Positions 1 to 9,056 of a stretch of DNA of 22,317 nucleotides are shown here, in pieces (within the stretch, counting starts at the first letter, position 1; every line of letters starts with the position of its first letter). This DNA is from Selaginella moellendorffii (taxonomy: Eukaryota; Plantae; Lycopodiophyta), in the NCBI RefSeq assembly GCF_000143415.4, contig NW_003314327.1, positions 1 to 22,317 of the forward strand, in the 5' to 3' direction. The position numbers were made by a program, and so were the translations under genes. The notes under the pieces were generated by a model that did not search any database, had not been told where the DNA came from, and was given only the letters and a program-made list of their open reading frames with translations.

Positions 1-89
1 AAAGTTCCGATCCATAGACACAAGGGTCCCTTTTGCACTCTCTTCCCACCATTCAAAATGTAAACCTTTTCCCTAACCCTGAAGGCCAT
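1..89 (-). pseudogene. Gene B (left copy, 5' part), frameshifted
   Basis: Mirror of 22083-22172 with ATG at 89. The left arm reads TTTTGCACTC (31-40) where the right arm gives TTTTGCAACTC, a 1-bp deletion at about codon 18. Confidence 0.55.
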
Positions 90-455
90 TCTGAAAGTGC
101 AGAAAAGAAGTTAAGACCATACAAAAAATGATTGGAGAATGGCCTAAATCATAACATACCAAACAACCTCAATAGCATGAGGCCACATGCCATTATTCAA
201 ACATGCTATTGACACCCACGTGAAATTTCGCATTCACAAAATTGGCATGAGGCCTCATGCCATCTTGATATACACACAGCTGCAGGCAAGTAAAAACATA
301 CATGACAATACGCTAGCCATGAAATTGCAAGGGCCCAAGATGGCATGTGGCCTCATGCCATTTCTAAATGTGGTCCTAAGCCATTCCATGGTGAACATAC
401 CAGGAAGCACAAGTGCCGAATATCAAGAGGAAGCGGTAGCCACACCAAAGACAGT

Positions 456-590
456 GCCGCTCGCAACACCGCAACTACTCGTAGCGCCGCTCGCAACACC
501 GCAACTGCTCGTAGCGCCGCTCGCACAAACTGCCACTCGCATAAACTGCCGCTCGCAATGGCGCTCGCAATGCCGCAACCGCTCGTAGAC
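456..590. repeat. CpG-rich tandem repeat (30-bp unit x2.3 plus degenerate copies) in the gene B leader; mirror ~21582-21716
   Basis: GCCGCTCGCAACACCGCAACTRCTCGTAGC at 456-485 and 486-515, partial copy 516-525. CGCTCGCA recurs at 550 and 562. Confidence 0.9.
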
Positions 591-959
591 GCATAAACCA
601 CAGCCCACAACGCCGCTTACACAAGCAGCGCTCACTGCGCTCAGCGGAACCAAGAACACGGCGCACAAAAATGATAGATCTAGGAATGAGTTCGAGAATT
701 CAAAAATAACACACGCTTGAATGTCACATCAAATCCTCTGACAAACCAGATCTTATGATTCCTCTGACAAATTTCAAACTGAGTAGCTTCTAGACTTTGC
801 TGTCGGAGGTTGAACTTTGTCACATCATGTCCTTGCCTCGATCCAGCTGTGCCATGTCAGTGATTTGAACTTTGCCATGCCATGTCAGCGATCCGCGCCA
901 AGATTATTCGCCGTGTAAAGGAATAATTACGCTGTGTGTGTACGTCCATTTATGGCAAT

Positions 960-2345
960 ATAAGGCCACACGCCATTCAAAGAATAATGCTCGACATAAG
1001 GCCACACGCCATTCAAAGAATAATGCTAGTCGAGCATTTTTTGGTGCATTTTTGGGTTCAAAATTGCATGAGCCCACACGCTATAAAGTTTACCTGTACC
1101 AAAAATAGAAACAGCTTTATTTACTTGGGAATTTAAGTGGTTGAGGCATTTTTAAACTTACAAACACATGCCCTACTTACATTCCTTTGGTTGCCTAAAA
1201 TTCAAAAATATTATAAACCTTTCTTTTTGCATTTTCAATGTTTTCAATTATGGTTTTTGATTTTCGTAGGACCAGCCTAGTAATCTATTTGCATCCCGTC
1301 ATGTTTATAGCTAGCTTTCGTTCGTCCCCTTCGCTAGCCTGAGATACATCTGCTCGGCATCTGCCTCTTACAGCATTTGCCCAGAAAGGGCATCTTTCTT
1401 CACGCAGCATTTGCCACATGTTTAGGGTTTAGGGTTTAGGGTTTAGGGTTTAGCAATTCAGTAGCTTGATAAACATGCAAATACAGAACTTGATGCAAAA
1501 TCCTTTGATATGTCACAATGCCCCTAGGACCATAAACACATTTCAATAGAGAGGGTCCTTTCATTTCATAACTCCTTACGTAGATCTTGGTGAAACCAGA
1601 GTTAGTGAAGTTAGTTTCTTGTGATCCCGCATCTGATTGTGATGTCCCTTTGCAGTTTCGATGGAAAGGTCAATGCACACCAAACTGTGAAATCTTGGAA
1701 CAAAATAATGGTCGGATCTATGGCAAATGCCCCTGAAACATTGTAAGGCTCGTATGGTCTCATGTGGTGTCCGATTGAGATGCTTCTTTGCAGGGTCATC
1801 AAGAAAGACATTGTATACCATTTTGTAAAATCTAGTTGCGATCTAACGGTTGGATCTCCAGAAAACTCAAAAAAATCTCGCGTGTGTCAGAATATCCTAG
1901 GAATATACTCCTATGTGCCCTTGAAAATGGCATGCGGCCCCACGCCATTCAAGAGATAATGCCAGATGACGCCGAGAATTTTTTGGTGCATTTTTTGGGT
2001 TCAAAATTGCATGAGCCCACACGCTATAAAGTTTATCTTTGCCAAATAGAGAAAAGTTTATCTGTGTCATGTGAGGTAGTTACAGTCCTTTGTGCTCGGC
2101 ATCTGCCTCTTGCAGCATTTGCACTGAAAGGGAATTTTTCTCCATTCAGCATTTGGCCCTGAAAATGGCATGCGCCCACACGCCATTCAAGGAATAACGC
2201 CACAGGACGCCTGGATTTTTGGGTTTAAAATGTTTAGGGTTTTTTGGGTTTTTTCAAAATATTTTGGGTCCAACGTTTTTTGGGTTTCTTTGGTTCAAAA
2301 TTGCATGAGCCCACACGCTATAATATTGATTTGAGAGAAAAATAG
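960..2345. repeat. Three dispersed direct copies of an intergenic module (palindrome + TCAA.GA.TAA.GC ... GGTTCAAAATTGCATGAGCCCACACGCTATAA)
   Basis: Copies at ~996-1110, 1927-2060 and 2165-2345. A 36-bp tandem duplication at 960/996. TGCTCGGCATCTGCCTCTTRCAGCATTTGC at 1351 and 2093. Confidence 0.85.
1421..1453 (+). repeat. Interstitial plant telomeric repeat (TTTAGGG)4 TTTAG / telo-box array
   Basis: Direct reading of the sequence. Confidence 0.95.
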
Positions 2346-2669
2346 AAACAGATAGAATTTCTTTATTTAGCTGAACATCTGCCATTTTTGGAAATACAAG
2401 ATGCTTTGGAATATCCAATCATGCATGGTATAAATATAGCGAGGGTATTAAATGATATCCCAATCATGATCTTTCTTTTGGATTTCGCGTGCATGCAGTC
2501 CGAGGAATGATGACGTTGCGGATTTCTTATGGATTTTGCGTGCTTGCATGCGCGCGGCAATCCAGAAATTAATGGTGGCGCCCAAGTAAGAGGAATGATG
2601 ACGTGGTGGGATTACCAACCGTTGTGACATTTCGCGCGTGTGAGGTTAGGTTTTGCATTTTGCTTTGTA

Positions 2670-2840
2670 CTCGCGCTCGCACACTCGCGCTCGCGCTCGC
2701 ATCACACTCGCGCTCGCATCGCGCTCCCACTCGCGATCACGCTCACATCGCGTCTCTACAGGTTTCTCGTGTGCATCGGCGTCCACTCGCGCTTGCATCA
2801 CACTCGCGCTCGCATCGCGCTCGTGTGCATCGGCGTCCAC
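2670..2840. repeat. CpG-rich low-complexity repeat (CTCGCG/CGCTCGCA units) in the gene A promoter/leader; mirror ~19345-19502
   Basis: Repeated CACTCGCGCTCGCATCGCGCTC and CTCGTGTGCATCGGCGTCCACT blocks. This is the site of the 13-bp net indel between the arms. Confidence 0.85.
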
Positions 2841-3049
2841 TTCAAGACACACCCAGTTTGTAACTTCGCCGCCAACTCCGCCGCCCACTCCGCCACCCAC
2901 ACGCAGCCCACTTGGCGTCCCGGGAGATTTCAGCACCACTCTCCAACTGTAAGTGGCAGAGTAGCCTTGCTGCTACGATCCGCTGCACACACAGTGCACA
3001 TTCGCCAGCGAGTCCGGCCTCGATTGTCACGGCCTCCATTCGGCTTCAA

Positions 3050-6000
3050 ATGGTAAGTCTTTTAGGCCAAGTAGAAAATGGCATGAGGCCACATGCCATT
3101 CAGTAGCAACATTGGCATGCACCGATTGGGCTCTCGAGTGCAGTCCGGTTACAGATGGCGTGTAGCCTCACGCCATCTTAGGATGCAACCTCAAGATATC
3201 TGGTGCAGTGGTGAATGGCGTGTGGCCTCACGTTATTTCCAGCTGCTAGCTTTTCATCTGTCAGCTCTAATTGTTGTGCATTTTTGAACAGGCGAGGAAT
3301 TGCGTTCTTCTTCCAGCCACTGTCAATGTGGATGCAGAGAAGGGGGAGGAGCTCACCAGTTGGACTTTCGGGATGGAAGGCGAGGATCTGATGCTGTACA
3401 ACACAGATGGTGGGAGAAAAGAATGCATGGGGATCCTCATCCAAGTGACAGACACTCCATGCAGTTCCATGCAAGAATATGGACTGGCACTTGTGGTAGA
3501 GACAGCGTCCGCCTTCAAGATCCACCTTGCACATCCTAGCGGCTTCCCGGAGGGGGGCAGCGGCTATGAGGAATTCCTAGAGGGAGCTAGGGAGAGGTTG
3601 TCCAGGAGGCCCACAATTTCAAAGACGCTGCGGGTCTATGAAGATCACATGGAATCCACGGACCTCACCTACGGCGATGTTCAAAAACTATATTCCAACA
3701 TTGAGCCGTTGAGAGTGCCTCCAGTTTGCGAAGCGAAGGGGAAGGGGGTCGATCTGGAAACTACCCCGAAGCAGAAAAGGGTGGTCAAGCTCAAGCCGAC
3801 GTCCGACTCTGCTGCTCCAAAAAAGAAGCTACTCGGTGATGCCATTGCCTCGGGTTCGAACACTACACCCACCAAAAAGAAGAGCCGCAAAGAGCAGAAA
3901 GAGCAAGAAGAGGCAGCAAAAATCGTCGCAGATAATAGTACTTGTTACTATTCCAACAAAGTATATACAATCGACGTGAGCCGTATCGAGATCCAAAGCA
4001 AATACAACCACAGGCTAGTATCTGATGAGTGGGTGGAGAAACTGAAGCAGAAGATGCTGGCAAGTCCAGTAACACCCGACATCGCAGACGTGATCCCCTA
4101 CTACCGAACAATGAAGGGCGAGACGAGGTTTCCAGACTTGATCAATAGGAAGGTGTTGGACGATCAGAACATCCGGTTCTATGCCGTCTCCGGGCAGCAT
4201 TCTAGCTTGGCGATGCAACAGATAGTTGTGGATATTATGGTGGGCGAGGAGGTGAAGAAAGTCTTCAAGACAAGAGTTGTCCGCCTGATAAAAGGCAACT
4301 CGCCCCTCCGATCTATCATATACATCTCCCACGCGCAGAATGTCAAGCAAGAAACGTGCTACAAATCGGGTCTGCACGAGACATTGGCACGAACACGGAA
4401 GCTCTGGGTTCAACTGAAGAAGCCACAAAAACCAGGACAAGGACGTGCACTAGCAACTAGCGCCTGGCAGGTAAGCCTCGTTGCATGTGGCATAGCATGT
4501 GGCCTCACGCCATTTCCATTGCAGGAATTCTCGAGTCTTCTCTCGAAAACACTGGGGGTCAATGACACACTCAGCATCCATAACATTCTACTCGCGACAA
4601 AAGTTGTTTTTGACAAATGGGTAGATGTGCTAAGGAGGTACCATGACGGGGAGTTGCTAAACTCAATGGGTGTGGAGGACGGCCGGAAGCCCAATGATTT
4701 GAAGCTCAACGCCTTGCGTTTCTCGCGGTCTCTAGACGACGACGACCTTCTGACAGTGGCTAATGCTCTTCTACGTGGTGAGGTAGTCTTCAACAAGACC
4801 AAAATGACTCCCGGCCATATTGTGACATACGAGGACTTGTGCACGACTCTGAGAGCTCGTGCGCTATTGAAGGATTGGATCTTCGAGCAAGTGGCCGTGG
4901 CGAGGGTGAGCATCGACACCACGCAAGAGATGATGGAAGAGCTGGACTTGTCAAATGAAGACATCGACGAGTACGTGAAGGGGGCCCCCAAGTTCATCGA
5001 TCTGCTGCGGGATGCCACGAAAAGTAAAGTTGAGAAGTTGGATCAGTATCCAAATTTCATTAAGAGGGATGTCGACCGCCGGCTTCAGAAACAGCTCGAC
5101 CCCGCAGCAGAGGCCTATCGAGAACCTTACCGGGTATACGTGAATTCGGATGAGGATCAAAGGTGGAGGAGCATCGTTTCCCGCGGAGATGAGCAGGTCA
5201 AGAACATCTTTTGTGTGATGGACTTCACAAACGAGGAGATCACTCATGCAAACGAAGTCAGCTCCATCATTGACTTAATGGTGGGACTTGCGGAGGTGGA
5301 ATCTTCAGTCCACTATATGATCTACGACTCCGAATCCTATCACAAGTTCTGGAAGGCCTTGAACGAGGTGAAGGCTCGGTTGAAAGGCAAGGAGATGCGG
5401 GAGATCCATGGGATAATGGCTAAGAAGAAGATACCGACGAATGTCCGCATCTTCACAGTCGCCCTTGTTATTGGTCCTGCAGCAGAGTGGGACTGGAGTG
5501 ACTTCCCAGCTTCGTTCAACAAAGCCGATCGAATTGATCTGAGGGAGGTCAATTTACCCGTGCCTGAGGAACTGAAGACGGCTATGGAGCTTTCGAATCC
5601 AAAGAAAGCTCCAGGTGCAGCATGGGAAATGCTCAGCTGGGTCTTCAACGCAATAGCGGGTGACTCCAAGGGCAAATGCGTTGTCGAGTACAACTGCAGC
5701 GGACTATTCTTTCGAGCCGCACTACTCAAGGGTGTCCCGTGTGTTGCGGTGACAAACTCCATTGAAGAGGTGACTTCAATGGAGCATATAATTACAGTTG
5801 CCAAAGAAAAACAGTATCTTCTCTACGAACCTGGTGAGTACGCACTTTAAGTTTAAATGTTATCTCACAAGCTCTGTATGCAGGAGCGTGGCCACCCCCA
5901 GATGCTGAAACGGCGTTAACAGCTACTGATGTTAGGCCGAGGTCACAACCTGCACAAGGTAAGGTCACGTGAGGCCTCACGCCATTTTGATTATAGATCG

Positions 6001-8625
6001 TTGTGAATATTCAGACACGAGGACTGAAAAACGCACTGGTGGCGCGTCGAAGAAGGACAAACAGACAAGCAATAGGAAAAAAGGAGGTACAAATTATATT
6101 TGCAATGGCGTGTGGTCTCATGCCATTCCTTGCAGGAGACACTTCTTCAAAGGCAAAACAGGCAAGCACCAGCCAAGCTCAAACTGACAGTGGTCATAAA
6201 AAGCGAAAGCACGTTGGACAGTCGTCGGGATCAGAGGCGTTTGATTCGAAAAGGAAGAAGGGCAACGAAAAGATGATAGGTAATGCCTCGCGGTTATGGC
6301 GTGTGTGCTCATGCCATTCATTGGAGATCAAGGGCTGAGTGAAAGGAGCCAGTCACCACCTTCTGACTCAGATTCCTATGGCGGACTCCCCTTCCCCAAT
6401 CTCAATGGAGAGGTACAATGGATGAGGGATGCTTTTCAAGTCAGGGCCACGTTTTTCTCATCTCGTCGTCTTCGAAGGGTGCAAGAACGTGCAGAAACCA
6501 TGTTAAGACAGTCGGGTGAGGATACGGTCCTAGGTCACGCACTAAAACAGGCTATGGATGTCTTGTATTTTGAGATGGAGACTCGGCCAGATGATTTTTC
6601 CAAGATGGTCCTGGAAAAACAAGCAATCCAGCCTGAGCAGCCTATGGAAGAAATGCAAGAGGGGGATGAGGAGCCAGAGAAAGATAATGAGCAGGAAGAG
6701 CAGAAGGACGAAGAGGAGGACGAAGAAGAGGAGGACGAAGAGGACTTGGATGGTCCTCACAATGGTGACGATCACAATAACGACGATGACGATGATGACG
6801 ATGATGGCCAGCCTGAGGTGGCCAAAGAGCAGCGGAGGAAGGTCATACAAGACAAACCATCAGGTAAATAATAGTACATCCATTCCTAACCTTTTACCAT
6901 TTCTAACATTGTCCATGTAGGTCGCAGAAGAAATGGTAAGTAGAGATTATTCAGTTGAATTAAGATACAAACTCTAGCCTTTAGTGTCGAGGAAGGATAG
7001 TGCCAAGCAAGGGTCGAAACGTATGTCCAATCCTTCAGAATCAGCAGTGCGCCCAAGTGATATCGGTCCTAGTTCCTCAATAGCAGTTGATGGTAAATAC
7101 AGTATAGTCGATTCAATGTGCTAATGAGTTTGTTTTTAGTAGCACGGGAGGATACCATCTCAATCGAAGGGAGATATTTGGACATGCATATGGATCCGCC
7201 AGTGGACTCTACTTGCCTGCAAGAGTCATCAGAGCTGGTGGAGGCTACTATCCATATCAACGCCAAGCAAGCTGACCACGCTCCACTTGATGCTGCCCAT
7301 ACCACTGAGTCAATCTTGTCCACGTATCCAACTGACGGTGACCAGGCGCCATTGGACCCGCATGAGGCCGCCCCAGCCGCCGAGCCGGTCGTATCCTCAT
7401 TTCCAACGTGTGCCCAATCGTCTAACTACGCGCCGTTGGAACCTCCCTACACCGCCCCTACTGCCTGTTCGGTCATGTCCACTTTGCCAACGGAGGCACC
7501 AGCTGAAATGGCGTGTGATCACACGCCATCGGAACCACCCCATGCCACTGTTGAGCCAGTTGTACCAGAGTCTACAGCTGAAATGGCATGTGCCCACACG
7601 CCATCGGATGCGATTGACCCCACATTGCAGAGGAGAGTATTTCCGCCCTTCACGTTTCCTCGACCAAAACCCTCTCAACGACCATCGGGAGCACCATTCG
7701 CTAATATTGTAGATGGTAAAATTGACTTGTACCATTTTTTATGCTAACGCATTTCATTTCAGAGTCACGGCGAAAGTACTGTATCGTTTTTTATCTGAAC
7801 GGTGTCCTTTTCTCCCATGAGCGTGGCTCGTCCTCGAATGTCACTGCACCCTCCAAAGCCTGCGGTCGCAAGTTGGTCAAAAGAGACAGATTCACATTAA
7901 TCACACGGGAGAAACTGCGGGATCTAATAATGACCATGCGACACTTAAAACAGAGGGCCGGGTTCAATTTGCAATTGGGAGTTTGGACATCCATGATGCG
8001 CCACAATGCATTAACGTTGCTACAGATGATGCACGATCAGACGCGAGTAATATTACCATTTGACTTTCTCCTAACGCAGGAGGATTGCTTGACTATGGTC
8101 CATGTGAGGGGTAGCAAGCCCATCTTCGTCAAGGCAGAGGCTGTAGTGATGAACCGGACTGCTAGGTCAAGTGAAATCCTCATCATCGATGACTCGCCGA
8201 TTAAAACTGCAGCGAACACGCACACATATGCAGTGCACCCCATCTCTTGCAGTATGGAAACTAGGGAGAAGAAACCGTATGTTCTGGGGGACCTTGCAAA
8301 ACGGCTTGAAGCGATGGTGATAGAGAACCGGCCAGTCCAGGAGGTGGCTGCAGAAATCAACCAAATGGCAGATGGAACGGTATATCAGAAGCCATTTGAT
8401 CGGACAGACACCAGTCATCATTTATGGCATGTATATTGTCTAGCCAAGCACTATCCGCATCTCCATAATCTGCTCAACCGGATGGGTTCTTCGACCACTG
8501 AACATGAGCGTGGACGTATTAGAGAAGAGATGGCATTACTATTGGGTTTAAATCCTGATAGTGTGGAGAGTGATGAAATTCCAAGATTATTGTATAGGCG
8601 TTGGAGGCAAAAAATAACAGTCTGA
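3050..8625 (+). CDS. Gene A (left copy): 11-exon, ~1626-aa multidomain protein with ParB/Srx-like domain, degenerate N6/N4 DNA-MTase-like domain, disordered basic/acidic region and FCP1-like HAD phosphatase (first catalytic Asp changed to Tyr in this copy)
   Basis: Predicted exons: 3050-3052 (ATG|GTAAGT), 3292-4470, 4525-5833, 5884-5958, 6015-6086, 6136-6279, 6327-6863, 6921-6935, 6985-7092, 7140-7715, 7763-8625. All introns are GT-AG and nine are 47-57 nt. The spliced 4881 nt is open from ATG to TGA and links track ORFs 3271-5850, 5969-6187, 6003-6338, 6296-6871, 7118-7747 and 7741-8625. Confidence 0.8.
3961..4350 (+). other. ParB/Sulfiredoxin-like (ParB N-terminal fold) domain in gene A; mirror at 17835-18224
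   Basis: VYTIDVSRIEIQSKYNHRLVSDEWVEKLKQKM ... RFYAVSGQHSSLAMQQI ... IIYISHAQNVKQ follows the ParB-N pattern (i.i..I....n.R....v..L...m / y.ivdGqHR..A / ...eN). SGQHS lies at 4189-4203; the box-II Arg is replaced by Ser. Confidence 0.65.
5197..5790 (+). other. Degenerate beta-class N6/N4 DNA methyltransferase-like domain in gene A; mirror at 16395-16988
   Basis: NPKKAPGAAWEMLSWVFNAIAGDSKGKCVVEYNCSGLFFRAALLKGVPCVAV resembles the HP..KP..L...li......gdlVlDpFaGsGtt..Aa...gR..igiE C-terminus of N6_N4 MTases. KNIFCVMDFT (D at 5221) sits where motif IV DPPY would be expected. Neither motif is canonical. Confidence 0.45.
7763..8625 (+). other. FCP1/NIF-homology HAD phosphatase domain (last exon of gene A); mirror at 13530-14392
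   Basis: Motifs IVF[D/Y]LNGVL, LGVWTS..RHNA, FDFLLTQEDC and ILIIDDSPIK..N...AVHP are typical of the DLNG-type FCP1-homology subgroup found in plants and fungi. Confidence 0.85.
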
Positions 8626-9056
8626 GATGGCATGTATTTATTTAAAAATGTAACTTATTATGGCATGGGGTTCCATGCCATTGTATTAATATTAAAAGAC
8701 AATTCTTTGAGAGGATTTGCATTATACTAGAAGTGTTACAGCATGTTATTGGAAGTCTACGAAGTTGTTTTATTAATAAGGGGAAAGTAAAGATTGAATG
8801 GGGACTTGGGCTCCACCTAGACTCGGAGCAACTAAGCCAATATTAAAAGGATGGAAAGAAATTGGACGACGATGACAAGGAGAAAAGAGAGGTGAAGCAG
8901 TGAGAAGTGATTGAGTAGACATTTCCTTGTTTAAAATAAAATGGCATGTGCCTCAATGCAGTTGAATTTTGTTATATTTATATACTATATAAAGGTTTGG
9001 AAACCTTATTTTACAAGTGGGATAATGACAATTCCCACTTTAACGAAATAGAGCTT

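Larger units (their letters stand above)
172..8962. repeat. Dispersed 22-bp palindrome family ATGGCRTG-N6-CAYGCCAT (left arm), putative protein-binding sites
   Basis: Exact matches start at 340, 1927, 2165, 3078, 3155, 6105, 6296, 7508, 7583 and 8660. Copies with 1-3 mismatches start at 172, 242, 1063, 2006, 2300, 3215, 4492, 5964 and 8941. Half-sites at 969, 1005 and 8627. Confidence 0.95.
1..9056. repeat. Left arm of a >=9 kb inverted repeat (probable large mobile element copy); pairs with 13099-22172
   Basis: Base 1 onward (AAAGTTCCGATCCATAG...) is the reverse complement of the sequence ending at 22172. The ORF track is mirror-duplicated. Identity stops at ...GAAATAGAGCTT (9056), paired with 13099. 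Coordinate sums 22173/22172/22185/22155 show only three net indels (1, 13 and 30 bp). Confidence 0.98.

Noticed and set aside
1421-1453. True chromosome end
   Set aside because: Only ~4.7 units, with complex sequence on both sides.
2472-2637. Duplicated GAGGAATGATGACGT (TGACG) boxes and an E2F-like TTTCGCGC upstream of gene A
   Set aside because: Short motifs that are plausible promoter elements but cannot be supported from sequence alone.
187-3056. Short ORFs in the leaders and intergenic region, and antisense ORFs over gene A
   Set aside because: They are by-products of GC-rich repeats and of the palindrome (recurring MACGLMP/MRPHAI peptides), with no recognisable domains.
5197-5790. Active DNA methyltransferase modifying the GGCC core of the palindromes
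   Set aside because: No intact DPPY/SPPY or FxGxG motif, and the GGCC core is not conserved among the palindromes.
4471-6326. Motif-bearing introns as introner transposons
   Set aside because: The introns share only the 22-bp motif, with no common termini or TSDs, and the motif also occurs outside introns.
3271-8625. The 859-, 191-, 209- and 294-aa track ORFs as separate genes of an operon
   Set aside because: Their listed starts fall inside predicted introns, and canonical splice sites join them in one frame.
172-8962. Palindromic repeats as a CRISPR array
   Set aside because: Spacing is irregular (tens to >1000 bp), copies lie in introns and exons, there are no cas genes, and the context is eukaryotic.
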